Source of the DNA: a virus
Taxonomy: Duplodnaviria > Caudoviricetes
Direction: 5' to 3' (one strand)
DNA: 64,000 nucleotides
IMG/VR virus record: IMGVR_UViG_2894657497_000001
Location: 1-64,000 of that record
Part shown: positions 60,732 to 64,000 of the stretch, piece after piece
How positions within the stretch are numbered: position 1 is the stretch's first letter
Layout of the letters: each line of letters starts with the position of its first letter
Position numbers and translations under genes: made by a program
Notes under the pieces: model-generated
What the model was told of the DNA's origin: nothing
Database searches by the model: none
Seen by the model: the letters and a program-made list of their open reading frames with translations, nothing else

Positions 60732-61058
60732 ATGTCTACTACAACGAACTACAAAGAATCCCCTGTAACCGGGACACAGTGGCAACGTTCCTGTCGTACA
60801 GTGGTCGAGAATCCCTGCGGAGGAACGCCAAGCGTCCTCTTCGTGGAGGAAACGGCTACTCAACTTGGTGACAAGGTTATCACACAGCTCTGTGGCAACA
60901 TTACAGCACCGTTCGATGCTGCCAAGACATTCCCAGCCTTGGACCCTTCTACCGGGCAGGCTACCGGAGCCAGCTACACGCACCAGGAAGTCTATAATAT
61001 CCTATTCTCCCTCTACATGGCTGAAGCCGCGGCGAGAGACGCAGCAGCGGCAGTATAA
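60732..61058 (+). CDS. Fibre-associated small protein
   Basis: AAGGAG RBS; follows the fibre gene. Confidence 0.55.
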   Translation: MSTTTNYKESPVTGTQWQRSCRTVVENPCGGTPSVLFVEETATQLGDKVITQLCGNITAPFDAAKTFPALDPSTGQATGASYTHQEVYNILFSLYMAEAAARDAAAAV

Positions 61059-61076
61059 ACAGAAAGGAACATATCA

Positions 61077-61241
61077 ATGTCCAACCCATTGCTTCTCGAA
61101 CTTACCGTCAACGAAACCAACGCCGTGTTGTCCTGCCTCTCCGGATTGATCGAAAAAATCAAATCTCAGGCGGAGTCTCAGATCAAACTGGCCCCGGCCA
61201 GCAGCGATACCCCGGCAGATCATTCGGAAGAACGCGCATAG
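61077..61241 (+). CDS. Small hypothetical protein
   Basis: AAGGA RBS; LELTVNETNAVL...LIEKIKSQAESQ. Confidence 0.45.
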   Translation: MSNPLLLELTVNETNAVLSCLSGLIEKIKSQAESQIKLAPASSDTPADHSEERA

Positions 61242-61251
61242 AGGCTCAAAA

Positions 61252-63195
61252 ATGGCAAAGACCGTAGGAAATGGCGCAGGATCGTGGCTCGGCCCATGGT
61301 CTCCGACAGTGATCGACGCCGGGACGCAGCAATTACCGTTTCTGTTCGAGTGCTACAACAACAAGACCCAAAAACTCGAATGGAAGTTGCCCCTGTATAT
61401 CAGCCCGGAGAATTACAGCGCGATATGGACGCCCCGGGCGACCCTGACGCTGACCCAGGCTGGTAGTCATGAAGACAAGATAGGGATAGCTCCGCCCAAA
61501 TTCCGTGTGTCTGGTGTTTTCGGCCTGCAGCGGGGGGATAAGGTCAAAAGCGATGCATGGACTACCGGGCCGGCCCGGTACCGTACCATGGAGCAGAGCC
61601 TGCTCTCATTTTACGAGCGATATGGGACATACCAACTCAACAGCGATCTTGCCAAAACGCCCCAGGTAGGCGAACTGGAACTGCGCTTCCTTAATTTCAG
61701 CGACCGTGAATATTGGATAATCCAGGTTAACGTTTTCACGCTGACGAGAAACATCCAGCGGCCCCTGCTTTACCAATACGATATCCAGATGACGGGCATG
61801 CGGAGGTATGATGGCCAGGATGGGGGGCGGGTCAAATCTCCGTACCAAAGTACCGACGTAATCAGCACCAGCGATTTCTCCGATTGCGCGGCGACCCTGA
61901 ATACTTGGGGCTCCATCATTACAACCATAGCAAATGGTTACGAGGCGGTCACCAGCACCATGACATCGCTGATAACCACCATGAATACGATAGCCACGGC
62001 GGTGTCCAATTTTGCCAATGGGATAACCTCGCTTGTGAATCTTGCCGCTTCGGTAATTACCACGGCAATTTCTCTCGCAAAAACGGTGCTGGCAGCGGTG
62101 ATTCAAATAGCAAACGCCCCCAGCGAACTGGTCAACGCCATACGGAACAGTCTGCGGTCTCTGTTTTCGTTGCAGAACAATTCGGGGCTGTTTCAGCAGA
62201 GCACGAGCAGCACCTCCACCAGCACCTCGTCGAGCAGCACGAGCAGTGCCACGGAGATAATGACTGTCGACCTGCCGAGCACGGTATATGCTGACGGGAC
62301 CGTCGTAAAGATGGGCATACCGGAAGACACGATATTTTCCAGCACCATCGAGACGACGGCCCCGAAGGCGTCGAGCTATCGTTCGATCACCAACTCCGAT
62401 ACCATATACAGCATTGCGCAGGCCACAGGGGCCACCTGGAAGTCTATCGCCACGCTGAACAACATCGAGTACCCATATATCAGCGAGTCGACGGTGTCAG
62501 AGGAACTGGCCGCCACCTTGACGGCATACGCCATCCCTGCCGGGACCACCGTTCTCCCGATTGCTCTCTCCCCCACCCCGGTGCCCGGGAGCATCCTCCT
62601 ATTTCCTGACGGATCCACCTCCACAGTAAACAGCGCTACCAGCAGCAGCATCACGCTTGATGACCCGCTCGAAAGCCCCCTGGAGGCAAACGCCAGGGTG
62701 TCGAACCACGCGAAGGAACTGGCCGTACTCAAGCCGGGAGACAAAATACTCATACCGGGAGATAGCAGCACGACCTCTGGAGTGAGCACAACCAGCAAGA
62801 CCGATCTGGAATCCAAGCTGTTCGGCATCGACGAGTATCTGGACGACGACGGCAACATAATAGCGTCCCAAGGCTCGGATATCACCGTGGCTGCGGGCAT
62901 GACGAATTTGGAAATGCAACTGCAACACCGCATCATGACCATGAAGGGGGAACTCACCGAATTGGGACACCCAGGGTATGGGTCGCTGGTGCCTGCCTAC
63001 ATCGGCGAGGTCAACACGGAGATCGAGCAGGAGCGCATCCTGCTCGAATGCATCAACACAATAAAATCCGACCCAAGGGTGCAGGACGTGACCAATGCGG
63101 TACTGAAGGAAAACGAGGACGCATTCTATTTCGAGGGCACGGTGCAACCGATCAACAATCTGCCATCCACATTGGTCAGCATCCCATTGTCGTAG
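61252..63195 (+). CDS. Baseplate protein with LysM-like domain and C-terminal gp25-like wedge domain
   Basis: DTIYSIAQATGATWKSIATLNNI (LysM-like); NLEMQLQHRIMTMKGEL..HPGYGS...DPRVQDV (gp25-like). Confidence 0.65.
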   Translation: MAKTVGNGAGSWLGPWSPTVIDAGTQQLPFLFECYNNKTQKLEWKLPLYISPENYSAIWTPRATLTLTQAGSHEDKIGIAPPKFRVSGVFGLQRGDKVKSDAWTTGPARYRTMEQSLLSFYERYGTYQLNSDLAKTPQVGELELRFLNFSDREYWIIQVNVFTLTRNIQRPLLYQYDIQMTGMRRYDGQDGGRVKSPYQSTDVISTSDFSDCAATLNTWGSIITTIANGYEAVTSTMTSLITTMNTIATAVSNFANGITSLVNLAASVITTAISLAKTVLAAVIQIANAPSELVNAIRNSLRSLFSLQNNSGLFQQSTSSTSTSTSSSSTSSATEIMTVDLPSTVYADGTVVKMGIPEDTIFSSTIETTAPKASSYRSITNSDTIYSIAQATGATWKSIATLNNIEYPYISESTVSEELAATLTAYAIPAGTTVLPIALSPTPVPGSILLFPDGSTSTVNSATSSSITLDDPLESPLEANARVSNHAKELAVLKPGDKILIPGDSSTTSGVSTTSKTDLESKLFGIDEYLDDDGNIIASQGSDITVAAGMTNLEMQLQHRIMTMKGELTELGHPGYGSLVPAYIGEVNTEIEQERILLECINTIKSDPRVQDVTNAVLKENEDAFYFEGTVQPINNLPSTLVSIPLS

Positions 63196-63238
63196 GCAAA
63201 CTGTTTGACATACGCTACACGTTGGATACGATAAAATC

Positions 63239-64000
63239 ATGGCATTCGAAATCGTAACAGCAGAGACGCGATACTCGCGGATGAAGACATGGTTCACCGG
63301 GATTTGCTCGGCAATAACCGACTTCACCGAAGGGTCCAAGATCCGGTCAAAATTCGAGACGGTTGCCGTCGAGATGGAATCCCGCGATCTATCGTTTTAC
63401 CAGGCGATCAAAAAAGCGATTCCGATATCCCTCTACCGTGCGTTTTCCTTTACCCTAAAATCGGCGCAGAAATCTACCGGGTACGTGGTTTTCAGCGTAG
63501 GAACAGCGGTCACAAAAGATACCCTGATTGCCAAAGGGACCATCGTCTCCACCGACCCGTCGTCGGCTGAAAACGCCGTCACGTTCGTAACCACCGACGA
63601 TGCATACATTACGAACGGCAACACCAGCGTAACGGCACATATCGAATGTAGTGTGGCCGGGACTGCCGGCAATGTCTCAGCCGGCCAGATAACCAAAATT
63701 GCCTCGTCCTCGTCGGCGACGGCATGCACCAACACATCAGCAACGACAGGCGGAACTGAAAAGGAAACAGAAGAAGAACGCCGGATCCGGTTCCTAAATT
63801 ACATCTCGTCTCTGTCCAGAGCGACACCAGCAGCATTGGTCTACGGGGCGACTACCGCAGCCCTCTATGATGCGTCGGGCATAACCACCGATTCGGTATC
63901 AGACGCCGTGGTGGAAGAACTATTCATCACCAACACCACGCAGCCTGCAGGATTGCTTAACCTGTATATTTACAACGGCACGGGAGGGACCAGCGCGGCC
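63239..64000 (+). CDS. Baseplate J-like protein (truncated by window edge)
   Basis: ITDFTEGSKIRSKFE...STGYVVF...GTAGNV...GGTEKETEEERRIRF. Confidence 0.8.
   Translation, partial: MAFEIVTAETRYSRMKTWFTGICSAITDFTEGSKIRSKFETVAVEMESRDLSFYQAIKKAIPISLYRAFSFTLKSAQKSTGYVVFSVGTAVTKDTLIAKGTIVSTDPSSAENAVTFVTTDDAYITNGNTSVTAHIECSVAGTAGNVSAGQITKIASSSSATACTNTSATTGGTEKETEEERRIRFLNYISSLSRATPAALVYGATTAALYDASGITTDSVSDAVVEELFITNTTQPAGLLNLYIYNGTGGTSAA

Larger units (their letters stand above)
1..64000. mobile_element. Temperate myovirus-like phage/prophage (partial; continues past the right edge, att site not visible)
   Basis: Integrase + repressor + excisionase, terminase, portal, protease, capsid, sheath, tube, tape measure and baseplate genes; no host housekeeping genes seen. 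Confidence 0.95.

Overview
This window is the left ~64 kb of a large temperate, contractile-tailed (myovirus-type) phage or prophage. It starts at the stop codon of a tyrosine integrase and ends inside a baseplate J-like gene. Gene order: integrase/repressor/excisionase; early genes (HU, DnaJ-domain protein, ParB-MTase); terminase; a ~13 kb accessory block; portal and head-cargo genes; a minus-strand island with a second MTase; a ~1700-aa multidomain 'polyvalent' protein; protease/scaffold/capsid; neck; sheath, free-standing LAGLIDADG endonuclease and tube; tape measure; BRO antirepressor; baseplate and fibre. The main finding is an RNA-guided-type locus: an IS110/Nop-domain protein with no visible nuclease domain (17499-18509), flanked on both sides by 14-unit arrays of 36-nt period (9-nt repeat / 9-nt spacer / second 9-nt repeat / 9-nt spacer). 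This matches a TIGR-TasA-like system. Other observations: a 43-aa type IV pilin mimic missed by the ORF track; a tRNA-shaped ncRNA candidate; about 18 copies of an asymmetric 18-bp intergenic motif; a duplicated structured leader before the portal and protease genes; hydrophobic-x-K-[S/A] putative maturation sites in head proteins and between the polyprotein domains (one domain is sigma70-like); and a candidate +1 frameshift in the tail chaperone. All calls are by eye from motifs and synteny; no database searches were run.
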